DNA of 64,000 bases. It comes from Catajapyx aquilonaris. Taxonomy: Eukaryota. Below the pieces are notes generated by a model. It saw only the letters and a list, made by a program, of their open reading frames with translations. It searched no databases and had not been told where the DNA came from. The DNA is taken from assembly GCA_000934665.2 (NCBI GenBank), contig JYFJ02001520.1, positions 1 to 64,000 of the forward strand, written 5' to 3'. Position numbers and translations under genes: made by a program. Numbering within the stretch: position 1 is the first letter of the stretch; every line of letters starts with the position of its first letter. Shown piece by piece: positions 49,701 through 64,000 of the stretch.

Positions 49701-52700
49701 ATTATATACTGGAATTTTTTCCAATAAGTGTAACCTATCGGAAAATAAGAAATAACTAGCAAAAATATCAGCATAAAATAAACTAATTATTGTAATGAAC
49801 CCATGGCATATGAACTATTTGTTCATTTGTAGTGGAGTTATTCTGATGAAAAGGAGTAATTTGGCCATCATGTAATCGAGAAACTCCGCCAAAATTATCA
49901 GACACAAACCTTAGTCCTAATTAGCCCACGAAAGTTGGTAACGAGCTATCATGATTGTATGACATCTTGAGAGAAAACTGTTGCTATTTAAATATTGATT
50001 CTTCTGATGCCGGAACTGGGTTGTATGCGAAAATAATGCGAAATTCTCTGTGCCACTGCTGATGGAAACACAGTGCAAATATTAGGCCACCAAAAAGTGC
50101 TATAGGTTAGCAGCATTTTGCACTGACAATCTGTAAACGCAACTTTTTCAACAGAGTAAATATTTTCTCAACTTCTAAACTACTTGTATAATTATATCCA
50201 GAGCAGTTATACATATGTGTCTATATTAAAATTAAAATGACCATGACATTTTCAGTAAGATTTAAAGTAGGCTAAACTTGCTCTAGAATGATATTATTCT
50301 GCGCATATGGGAAGGACGCTCAGTTGACTAACAATCGAAGCAGATTTTCCCAATTTTCTCATCGCTCGATAAAACCATCCTCGCAATAAATTTCTCCGCT
50401 GCATGTCCGGTCATTTGGAATTTGCAAAATAAGCCTCGGTACCGATGCACCTTTTGTGCGCAACTAATTATCATTCCGTTCCGTCCGCTGTCCCCCTGCA
50501 AATAAATGACAAACACACACCTCTATTTGCGAATTTAGCATAGGCCATTACCCCGGCAATTACAGTTCAACAAGCTGTCACATGGCGCAAAGGGTAATTT
50601 TTTTTTGGGGATGCGTTGGAAAAAAAATGTAAAAAAAAAGCTGGAAGCGTCGGTTCTCTCTCCGATTGTTGTTGTGAATGGGCCATTAGCAGACTGGCCG
50701 TGTGTCCAGGTGGAAGACAGGTAGCAAAACTAATTTGCCCACCACGATGCCAGACTGACGGAAGCTCTCCATCAAGCTTGGAATTTTTTAAAATCTAAAA
50801 AAAATAAAACCAACTCCTATAGTCCAACTTTTCCACACAAAAAAAGAAGGAAAAAAAATCCGACCAGATTTATGAGCAAAAATTAAAAGTTTTATCGGTC
50901 ACTTGCTAAATGGGCAATCTTGAAACATATGAGGCGTGACCTGCTTGACAAGTTGAATTGCTTTTCTTCGCAACGGCTATTTACGTGCGTCTCAATAACA
51001 ATTAATCTAGTCTCTATATAGGTACCTTGTTTGTTTTTTTTAAAAAAAAGGCGACCTGAGCGGAAATTTTGTGCCGATTTTTGCGACCCTAACTTTGTAC
51101 GAGGTGAGCATAAAATCGGAAGCTGGAGATTGGCTCGTAAAAAAAACAAAAAAAACCCGAGAGTCTTGTTACACAAGTTGCTCAATTAGGAGAAGAAGGT
51201 GTTTCGCCCAAGACTTTAAGTGATATTGATTCTGTCAATTAGTCGGCTATAAAAATCCGGAATGTTGAATTATAATTGCAGTAAAAAAACTTTTTTTTTA
51301 CTTGAACACTTTACAAGTACGGTTGTACTTGATGTGTACAATAATTGTCATTGATTGTTCATTGATGTGAAATTAGTTTCGGTATAGACGCCTGCCGAAA
51401 AGGCGTGGCTATTTGAAGGATTTGATCCGGAATTCCAGGTATCACATTTTTTTGGGGGGAGAGGTCAAAGGTCGAACGTGAATGAAGATTCGTGACTACA
51501 CGCCATGGGAAGGTCAGAAAAAAAAGCGACGGTTAGTCGCCTCAAAAAGCTCCGCAGGCTGCTGCACTTGTAACGTTCTTTTCTATATAATGACTTGACC
51601 TCGAACGTAAATGTGCGCCTATCGCACATCTTCAGGAAATAGTCTTGCTCATTATGCGAACGCATTTCCTCAAGTATACATTCCTTCCTGTGCCCTAAAA
51701 ATTTATGCCAAGGTTGATTTTGCATACTCCGCAAGTGGGAATCGACATTTCCAATAAATTCGCCGATAAAATGCAAATCTGCTGATTTTTCAGTCGGGTT
51801 TTTTTTCGGTTCCTTATATGCAGTATTTTTTTTTCTAGTTTACGAAACGAGGTGTGGGGGGGCCAATAGAGCGCGGAGGCAGTAAAGTCACGCCGTTTTG
51901 ATTCCAGATGACGACTGGTTAGGGACCCTGCTGACTCAGGGCCAGTCGGTGCAAAAAGGCATTGGCCTTCGATGAGGATTTTCTGGAGCTCTTCTTCTCA
52001 CGTGTTGGGCGATGCGCTCGGGTGAAGGTCTTTTCCCCAACTGGCATAGTGTCTTACAAGGTGGGGGAAAGAAACACCATGGGGGAAAAAAACTAAAAGG
52101 AGTGTGACACGCTTTTCGTTTTTTGTATAGTGGAAAAAAAATGTGGAAGTGTCATAAGCTGGTAAAATTTTGTAACCTGATGTCCTCTGAAAGTAGCTGA
52201 ATTTTTCATGCTGTAGTCTTACAAGAAAATTTGGAGGTCGTGCGGATTACGCGGAGATAAAGAGATAAGAAACGAATCGATTCTATCTTGCCTTGACGCA
52301 GTAGCGTTAGTCTAATTCAATTAACCTAGAAAACTAATGTGCCCTGCAAGTGAAATACGAACCGTGTGATGTACCGGTGCTTGAACCATCCTGTGATATG
52401 AAGTTCAGTGTTTTCCAGCCATTAAGTTGGTTTTTACACGATAATTACAAAAGCACAGTTGTTTGTGCAGTATGTTCACTTGCTGACGTAGGAAAAAAAA
52501 GATTGAGCCAACAGCAATATATTGTTCTGTACAGTACGCGTAACAGAATGCAAGGTAACATTGTGTGAGCTTTATTAGTTGCGAAATTACATTGTCAGAC
52601 GCAGAATATTCAAGGTGGTCCATATATTGTTGATGTCCACATATTTTTCGGGTGAAAATAATATATTCACGCCTCAAGGAAAAAGTGACGACATAAACGC

Positions 52701-55700
52701 ATACCATTTATAGACGCCCATCCCCATGCAACTATCTCCATTGTTCGCAACTTCCTCCAGCTTATGTGCACCGCTTTTGTTCGAAAGGCGTTTCCCAAGG
52801 TAACAAATTCGCACAAGACTTGTACGGCTCGAATATAGATGGCTGGCAAAAATTACTGAACTATAGAGATAATATTTACACTTGGACATTTTTTTGGAGG
52901 CGCAGATTATCTTCACCCAGGCGTAGGCCTAAATTTTCCTCCCTACCGGTTCCTTGTGACCTATCGTGACTCGTGACCCCATCATTCTCATAACGGTCGA
53001 CATCACATGCATAGGTCCATACGATATAATTACGACACTCTAATGATGAACGAGGCTTGAAATTGTGCCGCATCGTATACTTGGAGGTTTACTTGTGAAA
53101 ACTTGTTATTCCAGTCCTGTACAGTATGTGGCGTACCTGGCACATATTGGGAAATATAATTTTAACACATATACACACTAACTGATTTTAAACTCAGTCT
53201 CATATTGTAATGTCTTCGAGCCATACCCAGCGGTTCAACCATATCAATTTACTCGCCTGTTGAGTAACGACTAACGAGGTTTCCTTATATACAGAAATTA
53301 TTACCTATACCTCTTCATTAATTACAAGAAAATGTCGGATCCTCTCCCTTCTCTTGCTGAAATGACATCCGCGGACTTGTAATGACTCTGTAGAGCACTT
53401 CAAAGTCAATTCCCCATCCATTCATTTCCCCGGGAAAAGAAAATTTGGGGAGGAAGGAACCGGGCGTGCCTTGAGGATAAAACCATATCCTGCAAATGGG
53501 CGATGGAGATGTAATTAATCCGACTAGTTACCGATAATAATTCATCAGAGGCATCTTCCTCGACCCCTTATCCTTTTGTCGCTACGTACACAGGAAACAT
53601 TGCCATATACTCCGGCGTCCCTGTTGCAAGTTTAAACCCGGGGTTTTCCTCCTCAGGTTTCCTTTGTAGATTATTTCGGAATTATGCCGCCGGAGCAAAG
53701 TTTCAAAGGAGATGCTCTTTACTCATCCGTGTCTTTCCGATGTCATATTGCAGGAGTTGATGCAAACTAGTTGCGCGAATATTTTGCGGGTGCTCGGAGC
53801 CTGCTGCAGGCTTGTATATAGCTATATAGGTATATAAAGTCCATGAATGAGACAAATGGTGCCTCGACCGTCCCCAAGGCATGTTGGAGACCATAACTCC
53901 GTGTTAACATGGAACTATGCAGAATGGTGCAGAGGTAATGCTCAGTCATCAATGAAATGCCAGCGAAATTGTGAAAATATCTTGCAAAATTCCTCACATA
54001 GATGGCGCATCCTCACTCTCTGGACAAACACACACCCAAACAGAAGTAAATTCAATATATGATGTGTAACAGCTTTGACCCAACCAAGGCTTGAAATTGA
54101 CCAGTAAATGAACGCAATTTAATGAGCGACTTGCATGAAAGGAAAGGTGCGCAATTTATTTCGTTAAATGTGTGGCATCAAATCCAGCTTCCGTTGGATG
54201 CGACTGCACGTGTGGTCATATTCATCCCCCGCTGAAATGACATAAAAATTTTATATTCAAATGAGAATATCGATCCCTTCTTTTTTCCAGGACGTGTGCA
54301 TCACACTTTATATATGAATTTTTTTTTTCCCCAGAGGTTTTGGAGAGCAAACTTGCATGAAAAACCGCGGTGGTGTAGAGTCGAGCGCTGCATTAACCAA
54401 CAGTTTAGTAAATACCGGATTATAACGCCGATGTCGACCCAAATACATTTTTAAGAGGTGTGTGCGACGATGAGCAACTAATATGCAACACGGTCACTAT
54501 TACTAAGGCTCGAGTAATTTTCACGCAATTTTTTTTGTTGAAAATGTAATGACATGTCAATATCAGTGCTACATGAATCAAATTGCATTGTGTAATAACA
54601 TGAGTTTGTACACTTTCGTCACGCTCCATGAAACTTCCATCTTCCAAAAGATTGTTCCAAAAAAAATCAGTTCGGCTTAGTAACTCACGTCCTTCCAGTT
54701 CCCATGAGGTCAGTTATTCCAGCGTGGGATAACCTACTGGAAAAATTTATAAATTAAGTTAGCTAGACAGGACAATTTTCGCACGAACGATTTTTCCTTT
54801 CTAGGGGAAAAAAAACTCTGTTCAAAAAAAAGTGTTGGCAAGTTTCATTTCCTCACTTGCGAAGTGTCCAGACCGCCTCAAAAACTTCTTCTCTCTAGAG
54901 ATGGATCTCTTCTCTCTTGGAATCAGACCTCTTCTTTTTTTCTTCTTCTTCTTCTTCAGGTCGGTAAACCTTCCCTTCTTCAAGTTCCAATCAATCCTGC
55001 TGCCCCGCGCCTTGTGCTCGCTCGTGCAGACAGATCTAAGCTCAAACCCACATTTTCCAAAAGGCATCGCTACAAATAACCTGTGCCTTCAGAAATGTAC
55101 AGGGTGTGTTCAAAACAGCAATTTTAAAAGCCTAAACATTTGCAGAAAAAAAAATTTACGTTTTATTGACTGAATCCAATCTATGCTGATTGAAAATAGT
55201 TCTTTGGATGAATCATAACTTGTCCTATAAGACCACACCGAAAACTAGCCACATGTGTGGGCTACATCTTTCACACGATGATCTTTGATCACGACTCTAA
55301 CGGTACGTACAGGTTTGAACCTTACGAGAGTGGATCTCTAATAACTCAATTCGCCAAAGATGCTTCTGTTGGAGGAAACATTTTTCTGAGAGGTTTTATA
55401 TTAAATGATTGATCGCTGAGCCTCGGGTTCATCTATCTAAGCCTCCCCTCAGGACCGGGTTTTGCACACACACAAAAAATATTAAATAGAAAACGTCGAT
55501 TTGTTGCCTTCTCACGTGTCACTGATAAGATCGCCCGATAAATTCCAGAAGCCTCTTTAATATGAGCAAATTTGTCAGTCAATTTCTGAGGCTAGCAGTA
55601 TCTACTAAGCGCTTTTCATCGTTCTTAATTAAAAACTCTCGTTTCCTGGAAAATGGTGGTTCATTAAAAAGTTTCTAAAAAAGTAGGGGCTTCCCCTTGA

Positions 55701-56574
55701 CAAGTTAATTAAAAGTAGGCAAGTTGAGCCTTAGCGGTATTGGTGGTCACCGCCAGAACTAATCTTGTGGAAGAGGACACTCTCGGAAAAAAAGTTGCAG
55801 GGCCAATGCAGCTCTTCTCTGATAAGTATCTAAACACATTTTATTCGGATTAGTTCGCCGAGGGAAGAAGCTGTAAAAGCTGCAACAATTACAGGGCGAA
55901 TCTCCTAGAATTGGAGATTGGATTTGGCCCCGATTTTCGTATACCGCCCTCTCTTTTAGACCCCTGGTTTTTTTATCTTTAAGGGTGTAAAGGGTTTTTG
56001 AGCCCGCCCCCGCCTTGACCCCGAAGAAAACTTCCTCGCCCTTCATTTCACAGCCAGTGGGCCTAGAATCCGGTCGCCGCCTTCATTATACCGAATCCCT
56101 CCGATATGGTCCGTGCACGACCCAAACTGCACTCTCACACTTGTTTTGCATTTTTTGGATAGGATAGGATCCTTGAACATACTCCAATGTGTTTTATTGC
56201 TTGCAGTACGTTCAGTGGCATTAATTAGTCTGAAGGGGGGGGGGGTTGATGTATTTTTTTGACACGGGTTGGGGGAAGTTCAAATGAATCAACGATGCCA
56301 GCGACCTGGAAAATTGAGTGGCGTTACACGTGCCCAACACGACCATGAAAATGGCACCAGCTGAGGTCCAACACAAATTATACCAGCACATCTTGGCAAT
56401 GTAAAAAAAAACACCGACCATATGCTTTCTTTTTACACACCTGTCACGGTGTTTGATTGTGTCAAATTATGCAACGATCGTGCAAGTACTTCCTGAAAAT
56501 ACTTGGCCATAAATCCATTGCAAAATGAATGCAATTATTGCCATTTATTTCAGCTTAATTTATTTGTTTATTTA

Positions 56575-56915
56575 TATATAACGTGATGAACCTATAGCCT
56601 AACCTAGGCTCAATCTAACCATAACTAATCTATCCTAATCTAACCTAATCTAACCTAATCTAACCTAATCTAACCTATTCTAACCTTACATAACAGTTTA
56701 TATCATTTTCAGTGTGTGATTCCCTCGTTAATATATTATTTATTATTATATATATTACGATTATACATCGTGATGAACCTGCAGCCTAACCTAGCCTTAA
56801 CCTAACCTAACCTAATCTAACCTAACCTAACCTAACCTAACCTAACCTAACCTAACCTAATCTAACCTAACCGTTTAGATCATTTTCAGTGTGTGATTTC
56901 CACGCTAATATATTT
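56575..56915. repeat. Two tandem ~190-bp units, each containing a (CCTAA/TCTAA)n telomere-like tract
   Basis: cgtgatgaacct..agcctaacctag, a (CCTAA/TCTAA)n tract and tcattttcagtgtgtgatt..c.cg.taatatatt occur twice (from ~56581 and ~56768). CCTAA is the complement of the arthropod telomeric repeat TTAGG. Confidence 0.85.
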
Positions 56916-59900
56916 TTTGTTCCATTCCAGGTGTGGCCTCATCATCCCGCCTAATTTCCATATCATCGCAATAAGTCGAGGGTGAGTACATCGCACATGA
57001 TCTGGTCGAGTAGAGCTCCCGGAGAGTCAGAGCAGCATGAAGTGATCGCCATCTTAAGAGAGGCCTGAAAGCTAATGCTTTTCCTGGGAGCCGCATTGAG
57101 TGTGCTTGAAAGCACCGCTCCTAACAAGGAGTCGCTTATGGCTTTCCCTGATTTTCCCTGCTACAATGAACTTTGTCGAGGAATGTTTGGGCCGGAAATG
57201 GTGTAGGAGAGAGAGGGGGGGGGTAGTATTTCGGGTTAATGGTGGCACAGAACTAGGGGTTCAAGTGAGATTAGGGGAATTGCTAAGGGTATGACGTCCC
57301 AGCGTGGTGCGCTGCAATTATCTTCACAATGCAGCAATACTCTCCAGCAGAGGAAACCTGAGGTGACTCTGTAAATGCAGAGCCATCGATTGTTACAATA
57401 TTCCGCATTCATGCCGCCTACCGTGTTGCCTAAATCCGACTTGAATAGTTGCCATAATAAGTGTCGTACGTGGCCAATATTGATCCGGACCTCATACGTG
57501 CATACAGGGTGATCCAAAAATATTTTGTATGAAACAGATGTTACAAATATATATATATGCAGAAATCTGCCTCACATCAACTGTCAGTTGCAGTGCTCCC
57601 TTTGTAAACTTGTTTTTGCCCGTATTAAAACATTCATTCTGAGCATGCCCACATGAACATGACAAATACAAACAACCTGAGAAGCCTTGGAAAATTCCTG
57701 CCCCCAAAAAATATTTTTACTACTCCAAGTTGGGACCGATTGGTCCCCCCCTTTTACTGAAAAAGCAGCACTCTAATCCGATTATCCGGTTCGGAACATC
57801 TAAAGGTGGAATCGAAACTCTGTACACTGCATGCTTTTGCATCGTGCCCCTCCCCCCCAAAAAAGCGACGCTACCTTTGAGACCTGCACTACACAAGGCT
57901 GCAACTTGGAAAACAGTTTCCGACAAAGCGAAAAGGCTCTACCCCATCCACAAATACCGTTTTTAAACCCAGTTTCGCCCGACTCTCGACAACCTGAACA
58001 TATATATTACTGGGGAACAAACCAGAGCAGCACAGAGCAATTAGTAGAGTTTACTGCAGCACTACTTGTCCCTCTACCCAAACTATAGGTTCGTCGCCTG
58101 AAATCAAGTGTTTGCATCCAGATTTTCCTTTGATTTTCGAATCTTCAAGGGCTGTGATTTCCGTCAAATCAAAGCAACCAATTCATTACCATAAGCTCAT
58201 TGGAGCAATCAGAAACATAAGGCTGTGTGCAAATGATGACATCCATGCAAATATGTTGGACCAATTAGGCCACGAAAAAATGACAGGGTATGTACACAGT
58301 TTTTGATTTGTTTCCGCCGCACTTCAGCGCATTGTTTGGAGTGTAAACAGAGCATTGAAAGTACATCCGAAAAACATTTTTAATTGAGCTTACCAGCAAC
58401 CTGAACAACATTAATGTGAGTATATGGCTGCCATATCGCAATTTTCATGAGCATGCGGCTGAGGGTGATCCCAAGTTAATTTCGCAGAGGAGTTAATGGA
58501 GTCTAGATTGCGTTTTCTAGGTGCTGGGGCAGTATGAATTCTTCAGGGGAAATTTCGCCAATAACGGCCTTGGTACGTTCTGCTTTGACAAAACTTTCGG
58601 ATTGTTTAATTCCCCAACGCACTTTGCACATTTTACTACCTGGGCCCCCCATAATACATATGAAACCTGAGCCTGGTTGAGCCACAGGCCGGAGGGCACA
58701 TTAAGAATTTCCAAAGCAAACCCGAAAATTACAGGGGCATTGTGGGGGGGGGGAGCTACATTGCCTCCTGCTAGGGCTTTTGGAACAATATAATTTATTG
58801 TAACTTGCTCTGAATGGAATGCTAAATCATAACGTTACGTCATTTCATGCTGCCATTTCCAGGTAGATATAATTTTAATCATTTTAGAGAGAGCCACAAA
58901 CTGGTTTCAGAATATTATACTGCATGGCTTTGCAGTGGACGAAACGAGGTTACTAGAAGTTAAATCATAACTGTAATATTATATAACTTAGTTAAAGCAT
59001 TAATGTACTGTAAGTAGTTTGCAGCGTATTAGATTGAGCTTGTAGATACAATATATGGGTGTATTTAATTTGTTGCTTAATTAAAAATTAGTTTATGGAT
59101 AAATGCTAATTTTTTCCATAATTTTCACGCACTTTTGTCTGAAAAACGCATAGTTTAAAGCTTGCGGCCACATATTGTAGGTGGAAATATTTCTCACAAT
59201 TTCACGTAAAGGTGTTTGCACAATCAAATAATTGTTATTAATGCAGCCATGATGTCGGTGAGAACAATTCCACACCTCTAAAAGCAAATGTCTCTCTCCA
59301 GTTTCCTTCGTCGCCTCCAGTCCATTCCAAACTTCAGAAGTTTCAGCCAGTGAATCAACCAAAGTCCTGGTTGTCATTTCGGATCAACATTCGTTACTCT
59401 ATACGTCCGCAGCATTAAAAAAAGTTACGCTTGCCAACTGGCTACTATGCCCATCCAATTTTACATACCATTACCATCACGCCATTTATTATTCATGAAA
59501 TGTACTCATGAAGCATACAAAGATGCTTACTAATAAAAATCACAGAAATTGTGCTGTATTGTAGCCTTCAACCTGACACCCTGTGGTAAAAACCGCAATG
59601 TTGGCACCTGCGTATGATCAAACATGTCACGTCTAGTTGCGGCTAATGTCAATCACCACCTTGCTCAGGTTCTCAGTACATCGACAAGCATACACCCTAG
59701 GGCTTGAACTATGCCTAAAAAATATAAACTTTGGTGACACAGTGTCTCTCTGTAGCAACAAAATTTTCCACCCAAATCAGTCAAAATTGGGTGGGCCTGT
59801 CATTTTTGTTTTTCCAACTGAGTTCCGGGACGGGTTTCCGGGAGTCCCTCAACCGCAGAGCTGCGGCGTCACATGTCGATGACAGCTGTCGGTATTACTT

Positions 59901-62900
59901 TGTGCGAGTAAACATTGATACAGTGTTCAGTGTACATTCTGCCTGGAGTGGTTACGTCTGACTGGATTTTTTTTTTCCTTTCCTCTCAAAAGATAAACTC
60001 CAGGAAAGTGAACTTCGTTCAGCATTGCTTTGCAGTAAGAGCACTTTTTGATGTCCAGTTGCCTCTTAGACATCATGATGGGGGCAAATTGAGATTGTCG
60101 TTAAGCGACGCATTTTGTCAAGGAAGATCGGCGGAAATCGGGCAAACTTAGTGTGAATCCCGCCGTCTAAAATGAAATTCGTGTGATGTAATACTTTATG
60201 ATTAGATTTAGCCCGGTGCACTCTGCTCGGCAAAGATTAAGTTTGTGTTGCCGTGCTGAAGTAATGCACGATTATTTTTTTTTGAGGGGAGATTCTCTCT
60301 GTGTGTATAGAAAAGGGGAAGGGAGGCCTCCAACGTAATAAATCTAATCTGGCGACTACGTAATCAAGTTTTCTTTCCATCCCGCCGACATTCTGATAAG
60401 CCCCGTTTTTAGTGGAGAGGGGGACCTCTTCTTCCTCCCCTTTTTCCTCTCGGATACGCCACGGAAAAAAAAGTTTCTTAGCTCTTAACTAGTCACTCAG
60501 CCCCGGGGCAAATTCGCCCCTCCCTTGATGAAAATATTCGCCACAGTTCAGCAGTAACGAGCTGTGCCACAGAAAATTTCATTCCCCATTTTCGCTGCAC
60601 GACGGGATTTTTTTTTGGAAGGTATGTCATATATGACCACCACTTAACAACAACGACAAAATAATAACTAACAGAAGTTGCCATGGTACACGTTCAAACA
60701 AACAAAGGTTGCCTTTTTATCATAATAAAACGAGACAGACTATCCATTTCATATACCCATCATTTTATAGTCTAAAAATAATAACAACCATTATCATCAC
60801 TACCCAGTAGCCTAATTGTTGACCAGGGTCTAGTTTACTCGTGGCCGCTTAAATGCACTGGCTAATTAAACGACTGATCGATGTTGTGAAAGTCTCTCTT
60901 ATCTGTGGTCCATTCCATGAAGATCGTCCGTTGCGATTTGCACGGTACGGGAAGCTGTTTTACATGCTGCGTAATGCAAACATATCACGGTACTTTTTTC
61001 CGTTTTTTTTGAAGGAGGGGTGGCTCTCTCTCCCCGAATTGCGCCATAACTAACGTAACGTGTGGCCATGGCTTCATTTTGGAATATCAGGAGAGAAAAA
61101 TTCTATTCAGAAATTGCGAATATGAGAAGCTTGTCGTGACTGTTAAGTCTATAAACTTGATTCCCTTCTTTGAAATGAGGCGGATTACCACAGAGGCGCC
61201 AAGACTATTACGGACGATATCCTCGTGTAATTTGCAGGAAAAAAATAAACAGTACAGTTAGGCCTGAGGGTTACGGGACAAATTCCGTGGAGGTGGCCGA
61301 AAAGCGTGCAGATTTTTTTTCCCCCTGGCCTGTGAGAATTGTTGCACTTTCACGCACACGAGTTTTACAGCTCATGGCATCAGTCTATCACTAACTTAGA
61401 AAAAAGAAATGCTCAAACACTGTTACATAACCAACATATTAAAAATTTACTTCCTTTTTTTGCATACCAATATATTTTTTTGTGCTTCCTTAGAGAGAGG
61501 ACAGCACACAGTAGGCTGCATTATTAAAGCGATTAAATATTTCACAGGCTTCAAACCCCCTTAGGGTCGACCACAATTCATTCTGAGCAGTTTCCATTTT
61601 TGATGGAGAAGGACCTGTATACCTTTGGGGGGAAGAGGTTAAAGTGCATCGGATTTATTTGCAACGGAAATTCAAGTCTGGAGAAGGGAAGTTTTGAAAT
61701 GCCTTCTCCGTCGAGTCATCTCGGGCGAGTCACAATGGAGAAATCTCCAGGCGCATAATATAAGGAGACACGAATGTTTGTTGAAGGCGGTGGGAGACGC
61801 CGCCGAGGCGAAGAATGGGGAGCCTGGGCTCTTCCAATTGCGTTTTTTTTTTTTGTCAAGAAAAGATGCCGGATTTGCCAGAATAATGGATCAGTCAACA
61901 AAACTCGGGGCCACACTCGGCTTCAAGACGGATGAAAACGTTACTTTAGGAGCCAAGAGGAAGTCATTTAATAGATCTGGCTAAAATTACATTTATGGGG
62001 GGTTATCCTATATACCATTTCACATGCAAATAACCATCAGAAAAATAAATTACTATTATAGTCTACCCAGGAAAAGACTGCAAGAGATTTCTAGGATTTT
62101 GAACCCGATATACATACGCCATACCCACTTTGAAAAAAATCCCACCTGGCCATCTGTACATTTTTGTCCAGAATAAACATAGGGGACGATGGGGTAGGGT
62201 GGGAGCCAGAATATTTTGGTAAAATCCCACGTATGTCCATAATTTGTTGTCGCCTTTTAGTTGCATGTTGAACGTACAAAATTTGGATATAAACACCATG
62301 AAGCTCAGCAGGACGGAATAATCCAGGGGGGAATTTTCCATCGTGTTTTTCTAAACCTCCATTAATTCACAGTGTAGTGTGTGGTCGAGGTCTGGAAAAC
62401 ATGCGATTCTCTGCTTGATGATTAAATTTTGTTAAAACCGAGTTGTTAATATTTTTTTTTCTCTCCAAACATTTATATATGTAAAAAAAAGAAGGCTCAA
62501 TTTTCATGGGAACGGTACTGGGCTTTAACAACTATTATTACCCTTGCCTGCGAAACATTTGCATAATATGTGTAATTATACAGTGCAGATATGATGTACC
62601 CAGCTTATTACACATTTACTGCTCACAATTCCTAGTCCTCACCGTGTCTGTTTTATACGTTTAAAAAAATTATTTGAAAATTACACTTCCACGTATATGC
62701 CCTTCCTATACTTTTTTCTTCTGAAAAATCAAAGAGGCTGCAATTATTGTAAGGCCGTCAGTCTTTACACGCCTGGAGGTAAACAGTAGCTCCTTGATAA
62801 TTATCTTGGCTTCTCCTGACACTTCCCAAGGCGAGTATTTTTTCCTGGTTAATTGAGGGACCCTGTGAAATAATGAGAGGGTGGTAAAGCGCTACCGATC

Positions 62901-64000
62901 TAGAACTTTTTTTTCCTTAACTATTCGTTTTCTCTTCTCTGCGACTGACAGGTTGATAGCATGATAAAATCAGAAAAGTTACGAGAGATTGGTTATTAAA
63001 ACCGGGATTGGAAATGTTAAATATTAAAAATGCAAAACTTGCACCTCCCAATTTCAAAAAGGTGGTTTCCATGACCATTTTTGTTACACTCTTTGTTTGT
63101 AACCTACAAAAATTGCTTTCGGTTTTCTTGGGAAATATAAGTGCGGGGCTGCGGCCAAATTCTGATACATATTTTTTTTTATACCGCCCGAAAAAAAAAC
63201 TTGGGTTTTGGAGCCAAGAAAGCGTGGAAGTTTTTCCCAAGAAAGTGGCCGCGGTTCAAAGTCACGCCGAAGGTTGCAAACTTTAAGGTGAAAGCTAGGT
63301 CGCAAGATATTGTTTTGTCGCGCTCGTGCTCGCATATTTCGTCGGAATGTTGGAAATAAGCAGTTTTTTTTAAAAGCGGAATATTGCGAAAAAATATCCG
63401 CCCATATTGCAAAAAAAAAATTGTCCCCTTTCCATGGCACATGATCACACTGAGGAAATTTCTTGCGTTACATTTTGTAAGATTCAGGTGCTGGGACATT
63501 AATGGTGTCGTACAGTGCTGGACCTGTGAAGGTGGTCATCCGGAGGAAGATTTTTTTTGCCTCTTTTGCCGACATTTGGTTCGGGGTGCCACCAGTACGA
63601 CCAGTTTCACCTTTATTTCCGATTATCTTGGACCAGGTCCAGAAAAATATAAAAAGGACATCAGGGAATTTGCATGCGCCCAATTCTAAAGAGAGTTTGA
63701 AATGCGTGACTCTGGGGAAACATTTGCGCCGGTTTGTTTTCCAGCCCGCCATCATTGATCCGATTAGTTCCGGGACGCGCCCCGCATTTCTGATGACGCC
63801 CAGTTTCCGGGTACTGTCGCATCCCCTTCCATTACGTGTACTATCAGTGCATACTACAAGGGGTGTCATAAATATTTTGATGAAACGAGAGTGAATCGCG
63901 ACATTAGTACCAAATATCGTAAATAGATGGCGCCGCATCCGTTTTGCACACTGCTGATGACTCACCGCGGACAAACAGAAGCACATACTTTTTATGTTAG

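Noticed and set aside
62917..63986. Several overlapping 100-170 aa ORFs at the right end
   Set aside because: No recognisable motifs on either strand. A small exon cannot be excluded but is unsupported.

Overview
Eukaryotic, intron-containing DNA, almost certainly from an arthropod, judged by capa/pyrokinin neuropeptide genes and (TTAGG)n-type repeats; the species cannot be named from the sequence. The first 19 kb holds five spliced genes that the ORF track shows only in fragments. Two are tandem minus-strand pepsin/cathepsin D-family aspartic protease paralogs: one runs off the left edge and carries a 2.7 kb hAT-type non-autonomous transposon in intron 2, and the complete one has lost its second catalytic aspartate. 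The others are an SLC46-family MFS transporter and two adjacent, co-oriented PRXamide neuropeptide genes (pyrokinin and capa). The most interesting observation is that the pk and capa genes look like a tandem duplicate of one ancestral capa/pk gene with reciprocal loss of peptides. From about 19 kb to 64 kb I recognise no protein-coding sequence. That stretch looks like a gene desert or very long introns, with a candidate 7-nt microexon, a candidate short first coding exon, minisatellites, an interstitial telomere-like repeat and transposon remnants. All exon models were spliced by eye and need RNA-seq confirmation; novelty cannot be established without database searches.
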